The notes beneath the pieces are model-generated. The model did no database searches and was not told where the DNA came from. It saw only the letters and a program-made list of their open reading frames with translations. The position numbers were made by a program, and so were the translations under genes. Source: Azolla caroliniana (Eukaryota; Plantae; Polypodiophyta). From it: 64,000 nucleotides of DNA. Every line of letters starts with the position of its first letter. The stretch's first letter is position 1. The stretch spans positions 4,836,001 through 4,900,000 of the forward strand of contig JBHGNT010000004.1 in assembly GCA_043228905.1 (NCBI GenBank), read 5' to 3'. Shown piece by piece: positions 50,371 through 63,412 of this stretch.

Positions 50371-53300
50371 CCAATAGAGGTATGTTGATCCCTCCCCCCA
50401 AATCACCACCATGGTGATCATGTGACCCCTTGCTAAGCCCTAAAGAAAAGGATAATCCGCATTAGTGGCATAATAACCAAGGGTTTGTTGGGCTTAAGCC
50501 TACTTACCAACTTTTAAGCAATTCCTAATTCCATGATCTATGTACCGCCAGTGACTAAATAGTTTCCACAGCCATGGTACCAATAGTGGACAAAGCTCTA
50601 TGAGTCAATACAATACAATACAATGGTCAATAATGGAGACACATTTTAGGGTTTTTTTATTGAACAACGACATGAAAGAACAACACCGCATATGCACTTA
50701 TATTAAATAGATGAGAAACCCTCCCACTTTGACATCATGTTAAGAACTAGAGAATATAGTTTTATGTACCAAAATACATAAGTAAGATGCACGTGTGTCC
50801 TGGGTCATGTGTTAATATGAGAGAGAATAGAAATGCTTTTCTTTAATTGTCCTCAATGAGACCAAATTTGACCTATTGGATCAATTAATCATATAAATTT
50901 GGCCTCCTTCCTCAGAAGAGGGTCACTACTCCCTAGTAAAAACTTTCTATGTCAAAATAATGCACTCACGTATCTACCTAGTGTTAGTGGTGAAAATTTG
51001 AGTATGACACTTAAATTATCATGCACGTCTAACAAGTCTTTATAGTTTTTGTTAATTATCTTATATGTTGACCATGTGGCAACAAGTAAATGATATCTTT
51101 TTAATTCCATGTATATCTTTATATTTGGGTGATGATGCAATGATGCAACCTGATCACCTAGTTTGTGTGAGCTAGTACAAAGAGGTGAAAGTCGAACCTT
51201 GAAGCCAATGCCTTATTTTCATAGTCTAACAAACTTATCACTCAGGTAAGGTAATTATGATAAAAAATAATGAGAATGCAAGGAATTTATATAATAAGAA
51301 AAGTAATAAAATGAATGATATCCACACGTTGCACATTCATAACTGTGACATACCTAGAATTAGGGTATATAGGGAAAGTCTAACCATTTTGTTTCAATAT
51401 TGGCCTTCAACTATTTCGTTCTTCTTATTCTTGTGTATAAATGTAAAATTAAATTTCTTTGCTTTTCTTATTCCGTGCTGTTTTTTGTTTTACTTCACAT
51501 TCAAGAAGGAAAAATGAAGTGCAAACCTTGATAGTACTAATTTCCTTGATTAGATTTTCTTTATTTGTACTCTTGTCTTGCCTTCTCTAGTTTTGTCTTG
51601 GGTTTGCACCTACGCCCCCCTTCATGGCGTGGCTAATCTACCTACTTTGTTACACCATCCAAAGCCAAGTTTCGACCATTCCCAACTATCATAGGTTGCA
51701 ATTCTTGTCCTATCATTATAGTATGTACATACATATAAATGGTCTAGGCCCCTTAGTAAATTCTATAACTTAGAAATTTAGCATTTTCACCAACAAATCC
51801 AATGTTCTTATAAACGTACCACGTATGGTTTCATTTTAAGCACACATTTTCAAGAAAGATGTGACTTCAATGGGGTTTTAAGTGAAGTTACCACGAGATA
51901 TGCATATATGTGTGTTGTTGAACTTTTATGGACTCAATTAAATGAGAACGACAATTAGGTCATTTGGACATTACATTGTCACTATCACATATCCACATTT
52001 GGGGTGCATTTGCATTTGAGCCTTAAAAAAACAACGTGCAAGATTCTCATGCAGCATATGATGATACTTCTTTATGGAATTGAATTGATATTGGATTTAT
52101 GTACAATCAATTATACATTTACTTATTTCTCGTGATATGTTTATCATTGCTGAGAAGTACTTGTTGCACATTCCCTCTCTCAATTTGTCCAAATTAGATG
52201 CGATATGTAGATGTATATATTCTTCCCTTCATCCTTCATTATTGATGGCATTACAACAATAGCTGGATTTTTATTTTCAAATATTGTTCCTTCAGAAGGA
52301 CATAACCTTGGGGTCATAGCCGAGATTCTTGGCATTTTGCATACATATGTCCCAAGTTGCCACATAGAAAATATACATTACTAATGTCTTCACATTTAAG
52401 TTTAAAAGGATGTACCCCAACATTTGTTCTATTTTTGCTAATAGAGAACCTTATCCCCATTTCAACTACATTTGTTGAAGTCAAATTGTCCCCTTCCAAA
52501 TTTGGTAATATCAATATCGTCATACCAATAACCAACGTGTTTTATGCATTGTTTATTACAAATTGTATAATGTTTTACCATGCAATGATTGTCCTCACTA
52601 ATGTTAGACCATATTATGTACATATTTCATTGATATGAGAAGTATACAAGGTACACACTTTCCAATTTGTCTTACTTTTCCTTATTTACTTGTGAGAATA
52701 TTGGTTATTACTTTTGTGCAATTACTTGCACTACTTTTCAATATCAAATTATGACGCCTTGACATACATTATTTTCAATATGTTCACTGGGTGTCCTTTT
52801 CGTATGGGTTCAAGCATCAACAAGTGCATCATATAAAGGGATGTGCTCAAACAAGTTGTGGAGATGCTCTAGGGGGGGGTTTCCTGGACATGGATTGCTT
52901 GACCAATGCATACAAGCTTATTCACACAATTGATCATTGGTGGTTATAGATCAAACCAATTCTTTTTCAACATCGCGGGCTATTGTTGATAATGAACCAA
53001 TTTATTAAATTTTTTCCCTTCATTTAAACAAAGATCTAATGAATTTTATTCCTTGATTACATTTATGTAACATTTTCTTCTCAATCATGATCACAAAACA
53101 TCATGATTATTCCTATAGTCAAAACTCCTTTTATGTTGCCACTCATTGGTTGACTATAATCTTTTACACATTTCACCACCATCAAAATAAACAGAAGATA
53201 CTCTCACATAGAACAAGTATACACTACATGCAAATTATTGTCATGGAAATCGGACAATGCTCATATGGCACATTACACCACTCAAATTCCTAAAGTTAAG

Positions 53301-56300
53301 TGTATATATGATATAAGGTATGGGGTATGTGATTATGGGCTTTGACGTGTAATTACGAATCATTTTAGTGTACATATGTAATACTACCGTATCTCCACTA
53401 AATGTAGATTTAAATTTACAATCATTATTTGTTGCAAAAGGGAGATAATATATTACATTATACCAATGATTAGACAACATGTCTATCGAAGATCTCAACA
53501 ATATTATACCAAGGTAACCTGAGAGTAGGAGAAGAATCTTGACATACATACATGGAAGGGCAAATGCGAAATACGGACAATCAATATACATGGCTTGCTC
53601 GATAGATTATGAGTCATGCCCCATGGGTCTTCTCCAACAGACGAAACAAGTCTGAAGGTAGGCCTTAGGTGAGGTAAGGGGAAGAAATAATACATGAACT
53701 AGTCCTTAGAGAGGGAGAAAGGTTAGAGGGGACTAACTAAAGAATCTTGAAATCCTATAGGGAAGATCGTGAGATATAGTGTTGCTAGTAAGGCTAATAA
53801 TGACGATGATGATAGTAATAACAAGTTACAACATGAATGATGATGCAAACAAATTGCATATATATTCATGATACTTATGTACTACATACAATTTAGAGTA
53901 TGATGGATTGGGATGAGCATTAAGTATATAGAGCTAGTACTATGACAAAGTACAGGTATAATAGGTACTAGGAAGGGAGGGGTAAAAATAAGGAACTACT
54001 ACTACTACTAGTATTACTACATATATATGGGGGAAGGAAGTGTAGGAGTAGGGACTAGCTAGCTAGCTACTAGCTAAGGATAGGATAGGGGTTATAAGTC
54101 CAAAGAGGTGTGCATTAAAACTAATAATGCATTCTCCTTTGATACCCAAAAGTAGTACCACCCTCAAGTATATACATATTATATAAAGGTGGACAATATA
54201 TATGACATTGGTATTCTAAAATTCAACTATCATTATATTATATATTATATATAATAAAGGAAAGATCCTTCCCCGAAAAGAGCTACTATCTATCTATCTA
54301 TATATAGGAGATGAAGATCCAAAGGACTTTTGATTTTTTGCAGTCCCAGGGGTAATGAAGCTTGGGAGGATTGCATGGAATTTAGGGCCCTCATGCATTC
54401 ATCATCCACACATCATCATTATCATCATTATCATCATCATCAATATGACCACCACCACCACCACCCATTCATTCATTCATTCCCTTTCACCTCTCTGAAC
54501 TTTCTAAGGTCTACCTATATAATATATATTCTAGATATATGTAGTCTTATAGATATACTCACCCTCTCTCTTGTCCTGCCAACTGATGAGGGATTCCGGA
54601 TAGGTGTTAGTGGTCAAGTTAGAGAGACTTATAGAGAAAGAGAAAGCTTGGTGTTACCATGGAATCAAAATCACCCATGGTGAGATGATGACACATGCAT
54701 GCATGCATCATGGGATGGATGGATGGATAGCCCATCCATGTATACATACATGTTACATGTATATTATGTTATGGCATACCTCTACTACTAAAGTGACCAG
54801 TCTACTATTACTAACACAACCACCACTACTACCATAATGATGAAGATACACATCTGGGTTCAAACCTTTGGCACTCCCTCTCATCATTGATGGTACGGAC
54901 AATCAATGCACTAGATCTGCACATACATTTGAAGCTTTCAATGATGATTTTTGGGTTCTTATTATATGTATGTGGGTTTGTGTGTGTGTGGGCAACTCAA
55001 CTTGCTCTCTTTTTTTGTGTGGGGGTGTGTCATAGAACATGATTGATGATGGGGATCCATCATCATAAATGATGATAATGTGGTGTTTTTGTTTTGATAT
55101 GAATGTGTATACACACCCCTTCACTTCATTCAATCACATTCTAGTTACAACTATAGGTTCCTATAACAAGTTTGAAAATTTGTATATAATTCCCAAGCAA
55201 GCCATTGTGATTGTAATAACACTCATTCATGATTATTAATATGAACTCTTTATTCTCACACCAATTTATTAATAGCCCTAATATTTATTTACTCTGTGTC
55301 CCTCTCTTCAACCCATCAAACCACTTAACTTAGACTTTGGATTAGACACCAAGGATACTACTCTACAATGTACATACTTCATCGATGCATCATGCACATT
55401 GTTTTTCACTTACCCAAAACATGACGATTTCTTTTGAAAGTGGTGAAGAATCAATGCATGCTGCTTTGCCAATCGTGGCCTCAATGCATATCAATCATTT
55501 TATAATATAATCTTGTTGTTCACGCTAAAAGAAAACATGTACATAATCACAAACAAACAAACAAATAAATATTGCATGAATTTGTGTTGGTTCTTGGGGT
55601 AGTATATTATTTCAAATTTTAAGCCTTCACTTCGGTTTCGAAAGTGTCACAAACATTTCTTGATGTAACATGCAAAAACCATCACCTTACACATGTAATT
55701 TTGTGACCAAAACCTCAAACGAACTAAGTGACAATTAAGGGCAATCCTACACTTACATTGAGAAATCTCCATATCGCCTAGGAAATGTACATCATCAAAG
55801 TCGTCTAAAAATGCACATTAAAAAATCACGAGTTCCATATGTATATGATGTTTCAAAATGGAATATCCTTCCTCATGGCTAAGAAAATCTGTAACTAATC
55901 TTTTCTTGCAAATATATCAAATTAGTGCCATTTACAAAGTTCCACAATTTCATAAGCTCACTACATTTAATTATTATAAGCATTCCGTATGTATGTGTGC
56001 ATGCACATTTTTTGTATGTCTCGCTAGTGGAGTTAATATGAATAACTCTTTTGCAAGTAGTTATTGGACCTAATCTATGTGTGAAATCCTTGATCAATGT
56101 TGAAGAGGAATGAAGTGGTTACACTTAATCAATGCTTGTGTAGAGCATGGGATTCATGGATTTTTTTTCTAGAGATATGGTGAAACATGAGTTCTTTAGT
56201 ATGCCATTATTTTTATGGATCTTCACATTGTTTAGGCTAGAACGTTATTGAATGTTTATTATGCACTCCTTGTGTCCTCACATTTTATCAGTGAAGAACA

Positions 56301-56849
56301 ATGTGTAGTTTAGATCATAATCTAATTGCATAACCTCATTTTGTATAATTTGAAAGCAATGAATCTTTACATTAAAACTTCAGATTTCATAAACATATAT
56401 CACATGTTGATGTGAGTCATTTGTATGCCCAAAGGGCATGCACACATCTTAGGTGTTTAAGTGTTAGCAAATAAGTGAAAACACTACATGTTTATAGGTT
56501 TCGACCTTACTGTAAATACAAAAGGGATATCAGGGCTAGAATAATTGTGGCTTACATGAAAAGGAACTTGGAGGATCAATTAGAAATTTGAGTAATTGAT
56601 CTATTTCTATAGAATTGAGTTAAGGACAAAGCTAATTTGTTCTTGGCTATATTTATTTGAGTCACCAAAACCTTTGGTAGAAGAGAACCTTTCTCCTTGA
56701 ATTCATTTTAGCATAACTTTTGTAAAGTCACTTGAAGTTCATGACTTGTTTATTAGTCCCAAATAACGTTAAAAAATAAAGATGGGCATAGCTTGTGTGT
56801 GTGTGAGATGTCTAATTGTTTGTTGATATCCAATCTCATATTACCTTTG

Positions 56850-57652
56850 GACTTTCTTTCATGTGGTTCGTCAATGTCAAAAGGAGCCAAATGGGATGGA
56901 TTCTAAACATGGATCTCAAACCAAGTTTCTCACGCCAATTGGATGATAGATTCAGTGCATCCATGTGGAAGGCGTGGTGTGACATAAGATGAGGGCTTAA
57001 GTGCGATCAACCTAATTCCGAACCTACCTGACTCAATGAACGCATCCTTTAGAACCCAAGCTTTCGGGCTCTTGTTCAATTGTGTCCTTCATTGTGAAGG
57101 CATAATGATGGGCCATATACTCGTTGAAGCCGAACCAAGTTACCGGGTTCTACTCTCAAGATGAGTGTTTGAGTTTTTCGTTTGCCTTTTTTACTCCAAG
57201 TGTCCACATAATGGGTACACCAAACTCACTGTCTAGTGAGCGAGTTGACACATCCGAATCACTTTGTTAGGGTGGTCGACTTCATATTTAGGCATCTTAC
57301 CTTTGCCTTTGTCCGATTTCGGACTTGGTCATGACGTGCTTTGGTCGCTTGAAGGCTCGTGTGGTTCACTTAGCTCGGTAGAGCTTGGACTGTCCTTTGG
57401 TAAAGGACTTGGCCGAATATCGTTATGTGAGTAACTTGATGTCCAACTCTTCTTGAGTCGGTTCGGATGGAGCTGAATTGAGTTCATACCATGATGCCAA
57501 CTCATCGAAAACGACGCCCTGACTCACCCAAACCGTTTGGGTCAAAGGGTTGAAGCACTTGTATCCTTTTGCTCGGACTAGTATCCTACGAGGATGTATT
57601 TCTCTGACTTCATGTCGAGCTTCTTTCGTTTTTCGTTTGGGATGTGTACATA
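56850..57652 (-). mobile_element. Ty1/copia pol fragment (integrase C-terminal region to pre-RT linker)
   Basis: Minus strand reads YVHIPNEKRKKLDMKSEKYILVGY*SEQK/GYKCFNPLTQTVWVSQGVVFDELASWY, and further on GFNEYMAHHYAFTMKDTIEQEPES. Confidence 0.85.
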
Positions 57653-58540
57653 ACTTTTTAACAAACTTTCAAGAATGTATCACGCATGCGCACATGAATT
57701 TTAAAAACATAAATAAAAAACACAGTTAATATTATGAAGATTTCAAATTTAACCTCTATTTACTCAATTCATACACATATTTAGCTAGGCATTTGCTTGG
57801 ATTACGAGAATGGTTTCAACTATCATTGTAATATGGTTCATTTTACATAATGTTGAATTTGAATCTGATCGAACAATTTTAGAAACACAATTTTAATGCT
57901 ATATTTCTCTCTAAACACGTTCGCGTTCACAAGTGGAAGGATCACGCATTCCATTTATATATTCCTTTTATAATCTTGCGATTTTAGACAATTTTCAAAA
58001 ACTTGATACACCAATATCACATGTTTTAAATAGCATGTAAAATTTGCTAATTTTTTGAGATTTAACAAGTTTCAAAATGATAATTTCTAAAGTTGAACAG
58101 TTTTTCAGTAAATGTTTAAATGTTGATGGTTTGCAGATATGAAATGTAGTTAACTTAAAGAAAATCACAATGGTTAACTCAAGGCACAAGTTAAGATTAA
58201 TGGTTTCACCATCTTGATGAGATTAAGATTACATCTTTTGTTAGACTTGAAACTGTTTTAAGTATAAGAGGTAACATTGCAATCCTTAATATCATCATCT
58301 ATAAATTTAGTGCTCATTAACATCCATAAATTCACAACTCAAGAAATATAGACAATAGTCATAAACAATTTTGATAAATCCACAACTCCAAAAATGTAGA
58401 TGATATTTATAAACTGTCAAAACTGTCAAACTTTAGACGTGAACATTAATATATCAATTTGAACATATCACACAGTTATCAGGGTATCTACAATGTTATC
58501 CTCTTCTTCCTTTTGAGAATTCCCCTACAAAATTTGTGAA

Positions 58541-60013
58541 GTAAATGGCATTTGCGAAGTTCAATTACCATCAATACAATTATTAATGGTTTTTTTCTAA
58601 TGAATGAAGCACATGTTCACCATAAGGTATCTTGTTGTGCAACATACATCTTTACAGTATCAATATACATCTTTTTCTCTTATAAAAACATAGATTTCAG
58701 TATAATTTAAGTTCATGTTTAAAAAACCTCTTTTATTTGAAAAACAAGAAGTTTTTTAAACATGAACTCGATATGTTGTATCGAGTTGATGTAAAAAACA
58801 GAGTTTTGATCATAATTCCATACAATGGATTGAATTCATGTTCAAAAGTTTTTTTTACCGGATTTAAATAATAATAATAATAATAAGTTGAGCTTGAGTT
58901 CATATAAAAACTAGATTTTTCATCACAATTTGATACAATGTATCAAGTTCATGTTTAATGTATATTTTTTAAATATTTTTTCAATTGTTTTCAAATTTAT
59001 TTGTGGAAAAAAATAATTTTAAACATGAATTCGATACATTGTATCGACTTGTGATGAAAAATCTATTTTTTTCATCATTTATTAAAGCTCAAAAGTTTTT
59101 TCAAAAAAAGAAAACAAAAAACCAAAATAAATAGAAAAACAAGCATTTAAAAAAAACCCCCCAAATAAAGCTTTAAACATGAACTCGATACATGTCAAAA
59201 AGTTAGCTTTTCAACATGAACTCGATACAATTTATCGAGTTCATGTCGAAAACTCAGTTTTTCAACCTAAACTCATACAATGTATCGAGTTTATGTTGAA
59301 AACTTTATTTTTCAACACGAACTCGATACATTGTATCGAGTTCATGTTAAAAAGTCGACTTTTCTACACGAACTTGATACTTGTTTAAAGCTTTTTTTGG
59401 GGTTTTTTAAAAAAAATTGCTTTTTTTCTATTTATTTTGGTTTTTTGTTATTTTTTTTGAAAAGTTTTTTTGAGCTTTAATAAATGATGAAAAAACCAGA
59501 GTTTTCATCACAAGTTGATACAATGTATCGAATTCATGTTTATAATGATTATTTTTTCCATAAAACAAATTGAAAAAAAAATAGAAAAATATACTTTAAA
59601 CATGAACTCGATACATTGTATCGAATTGTGATGAAAAATCTGGTTTTTATATGAACTCAAGCTCAACTTATTATTATTAATTTTTTTAAAATCTGGTAAA
59701 AAAAACTTTAAACATGAATTCAATACATTGTATGGAATTATGATCAAAACTCTGTATTTTACATCAACTCGATACAACATATCGAATTCATGTTTAAAAA
59801 TCTTCTTGTTTTTAAAATAAAAAGAGGTTTTTTAAACATGAACTTGAATCGTACTAAAATCTTTGTTTTTAGAAGAGAAAAAGATGCATATCGATAATGC
59901 AAAGAAGTATGTTGCATAACAAGATACCTTATGGTGAACATGTATATCATTGATTAACAAAAAACCATTAATAATTGTGTTGATGGTAATTGAACCTTGC
60001 AAATGTCATTTAC
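58541..60013. repeat. 1.47-kb imperfect palindrome (fold-back) containing repeated 35-bp internal palindromes
   Basis: 58541 onward is the reverse complement of 60013 backward (5 mismatches in the outer 56 bp). About 11 full and 2 truncated copies of AACATGAACTCGATACA-W-TGTATCGAGTTCATGTT. Axis near 59280. Confidence 0.93.
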
Positions 60014-60510
60014 ATGGTTTATAAAGTATTCTCATGGTTCTCAATGACCATTTCAAGCACTTAATGTTGATCTTCATAGTTTGGTTCATCTATAACAGAG
60101 AAGCATTTATGTGGAACAAAGGATGACAACATGAGCATAACTCAGATGACAAGGAAACTTACAAGAACTCAAGGTGGGGATATTAATAACTACACATGTA
60201 GATGGCCATGAGCTAGGGTACCAATTTTGCATTGGTAAAGTTTTGGATGTGATGATGCATTAAACCTTTGTAATACATCTATCATTGACATTAGTTAGGT
60301 GGATATCATTGTGTATGACTTTACACTGACAAAAGTTGGATGTTTAAGGACAACAACGATATACATAATAAAAGAGATATTACCAAGTCTAGAAGATATC
60401 TCAGATTGAAGGTGAAGAAGATTTACTACACACAATTTGGAGACACAATTTGGTGAAGACAATGATTTGATTGGTACATTTGAAAATGAGGAGGAAGAGT
60501 CACAATTGTA
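59870..60510 (+). pseudogene. Decayed coding remnant, possibly a DNA-transposase C-terminus
   Basis: Stop-interrupted frame ...LQELKVGILITTHVDGHELGYQFCIGKVLDVM..., then DIIVYDFTLTKVGCLRTTTI and an acidic tail. Family assignment is from recall only. Confidence 0.35.
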
Positions 60511-61380
60511 TATTATCTATAATAATGATTTTCATGAAAAGAATGATGATATTTATGCAAATAACTCCCAAATGTATTTGTTGTGCAACTATGTGTAACA
60601 AATTTAGACAACATTTTATTGAATGAAATAAAAACGTTCATTGTTTTGAAATCCTCTGCTTTTCATTTCTTTAAGATCTAAAAACTTATTAGTTGTCATT
60701 TTAAAAAAAAAATACACAAAGTTACTTTTCGTATTTGACCAAAATTTGGCATTTTTCAATTTTACCAAATGGTGAAAATTCAAACTTTTTCATCAAGTTT
60801 TAGAGAACATGTGATACTAGTATCAAGGTGTTTTGTAAAATGACAAAAAAGCCCCCAAAATCAAACGGAATATTCCTTATCCTTCCACTTGTGAATGCGA
60901 ACGTGTTTCTAACTCCTATAAAGCTTGTTATATTAAATGAGCAAATTGTATTTTTGGGTATAATTAGACACATATTCACAAGTGAATATCACATTATATA
61001 CCTCACATGCCCAAAAACTTCTACGAACATTATATCCCAATCATATATGAGCAACCTAAATGTAAGATCAAGTGAGCAACAACGTTGACTTAATATTATT
61101 CTGTACACTCGAAACTAAATAACCAAGATTAAAGAGCTTAGAAATCCTAGAACAAAGCTAAATTCAATTATATTAATAAAGAAACAATTATAACCAACAT
61201 TTGTCATGCAATCGATAAGTTCATCATCATCTATTCAAAAAAAATTATACTTAACAACCACACACTTTGCGAGTCAACTAATACAAATATATAATAGACA
61301 ATTAAAGTTTGCTAACCAATCAGATAGTGTAAAGAAATGGTACTGAAACAAAATAATCTTATATTCCAAAACAAGTTTAG

Positions 61381-63412
61381 TGTTACAATTTTATAGTTAC
61401 AAATACAAACTAATATACAATCACTCCATTAGGAGGTCTGGAATAGGCTGCTTTCCAAGATGAGCTGACAATGGTGCTTGTTGTCCGTCGGAAGCGGACT
61501 AGTGGGAAAAGGGTAAGGAAAAGAACAAGAAGCGTATTATTATAGTAGGAGCGTTAAAAGAACGCATGTAACACATTAAGTAGTAACCCACTATGCCCTG
61601 TGTATATAAAGGGCATAGGAACATTGTACAAGCTAGCACAGTTTTGAGCATAGTCGTTTAATACAATTTCTGTCTTCTCCGATTTCGGTTTTAAGAGTTT
61701 CCTGTGTCGCTATTCATGTGTCAATACCCAACGTCATTGTTTAAGGTGAGTAAGCGTCGTTGTGCATTTACGCACGGTAGGAGCTCAATTGTAGTCGTCT
61801 CCAAGTTCATGTTTTACCTCACGAACAGTTAGTATGCTTTATCGTTAGACTACGCTATAGCTACGTAGAGTACACGTGGCCATTCCCTGTACCACGATCT
61901 CCTTGAGCCTACCCCAAAGGATTGAGGGTAGGCCGTGTTCCTAACCGGTAACACTTTTGGCACGCCTGGTGGTTTGTGAATCTTCGCAGCCAAGCAACAG
62001 GTGATGGATGTCTAGCCGCCAACGAAACAGAGAACCGACTCGATCATGGACCAGGTCCTTCACTCGAAAGATAGAAGAACGCGCTATGCAGAAACCACGC
62101 CTTAGTGACCACGTCCCATCTTCCCTGGGGTATACAGTCGAATCCACGCTCACCGAACAAAGCTGAACCGGGCAGGAGTTTCGATCTACATTGGATCAAC
62201 AGAGTGACACTGCTTCTCACAAAAGCCCACACCGCGGTAGTAGTAACCTCTGAAACACTACTGTAGCAACTGGAATGACTTTTTCATACCCTCATTTCAG
62301 TGGTGATATCGATGCCGAGGGCCACATTTGGTCGTTTCTCAATGTTTGGAACGCTAACCATATGCCACAATGACTTTCGGAGGCAGACGCCCACGCCTCG
62401 AAGATTGCCGAGTTTGGGTTAACTTTGGATGGGCGAGCTGCCCACTGGCATTCGCAGCTCGACATCACGCCGTTCACTTCGTTCAATAAGCTCCAATCGT
62501 CATTCCAACGATTCTTCCATCGAAGTATTCCCCAACGTGAGATTATTGGGCAGTTCTACACAATAACGCAGCTACAACAAGAGTCTGTGGCAGATTTCAA
62601 CTTGCGATTCTAGAGTTTACGTCGACAACTGACACGCACTCTGACGGAGGATGAGGCCAAAGAAACATTGTTGGCAGCATTACGTTGACCAATCTGAACA
62701 ACACTGAATGCGCAAAATCTCACGGGCCAAACGGTGGACGCAGTCATAGAACGAGCACTACAACTTGAGATGGAAGAAGAGGACGATGGATTGTCTATGT
62801 CATCGTTATGACACGCGCTACCCAAGGACGAAGACTACTGGTTTCGCCAAGCCATCCAATGCACAATCTGCTTGAACTCAGGACACTCCGCGTTGGAGTG
62901 TATCATGCGGATACATTGTCCCATTTGTCATTCACAAGCGCATACGGTGGATCAATGCGAATATAATATGCTGAATATGCCCACAACGACAGTATCGCTG
63001 TAATGACCAAGGCCGTCAGGAGGAGCGTTACCGTAATACGGAACGGAGCCAGTGTGTGGAAAGGCTATACTGTCACCGCCGCAACAACGATCCTTATTCT
63101 GATGAAGAAGAGCAGGAAGAAGAGGAGTATCGGAGCAAGGATTGTTACAATCGGGGGAGGCATCACTATGATAATCGACGCCCTACCAACAATTGCGACG
63201 GACTTGCCGGGACCTGTCCAAATGGCAGTAATCACCAATCAAGGGACCAACACCGTTAGAGGAAAGTTCTGAGGATGAACAACGCCAAGAGCCGTGTCGG
63301 GAGTATCGCAAGAAGCCCCGCAACCAGAGATGATTTTAGCAAGCACGGGAAGAACAATTGGCACTCGTGGAAACCACCGCAACCTCGGTCATGGAAAAAG
63401 GAGAATCCAGTG
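61381..63412 (+). mobile_element. Truncated Ty3/gypsy element: 5' LTR, tRNA-Arg PBS and decayed gag
   Basis: LTR TGTTAC(61381)...GTAACA(61953) with TATATAAA near 61603. PBS TGGCACGCCTGGTGG (61958-61972). Gag motifs KIAEFGLTLDGRAAHWHSQL and FYTITQLQQESVADFNLRF, plus two CCHC knuckles (CTICLNSGHSALEC, CPICHSQAHTVDQC). Cut off by AT-rich DNA at about 63412. Confidence 0.88.
61958..61972 (+). other. Primer-binding site complementary to the 3' end of plant tRNA-Arg
   Basis: TGGCACGCCTGGTGG is the reverse complement of CCACCAGGCGTG-CCA and lies 4 nt after the LTR end. Confidence 0.8.

Noticed and set aside
51605-51645. Helitron 3' hairpin (ACGCC...GGCGT)
   Set aside because: No convincing CTRR terminus at the usual distance and no matching 5' end.
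58750-59800. CRISPR-like array of 35-bp palindromic repeats
   Set aside because: Spacers are irregular in length, AT-rich and mirror each other rather than being unique. No cas genes, and the context is plant nuclear DNA.
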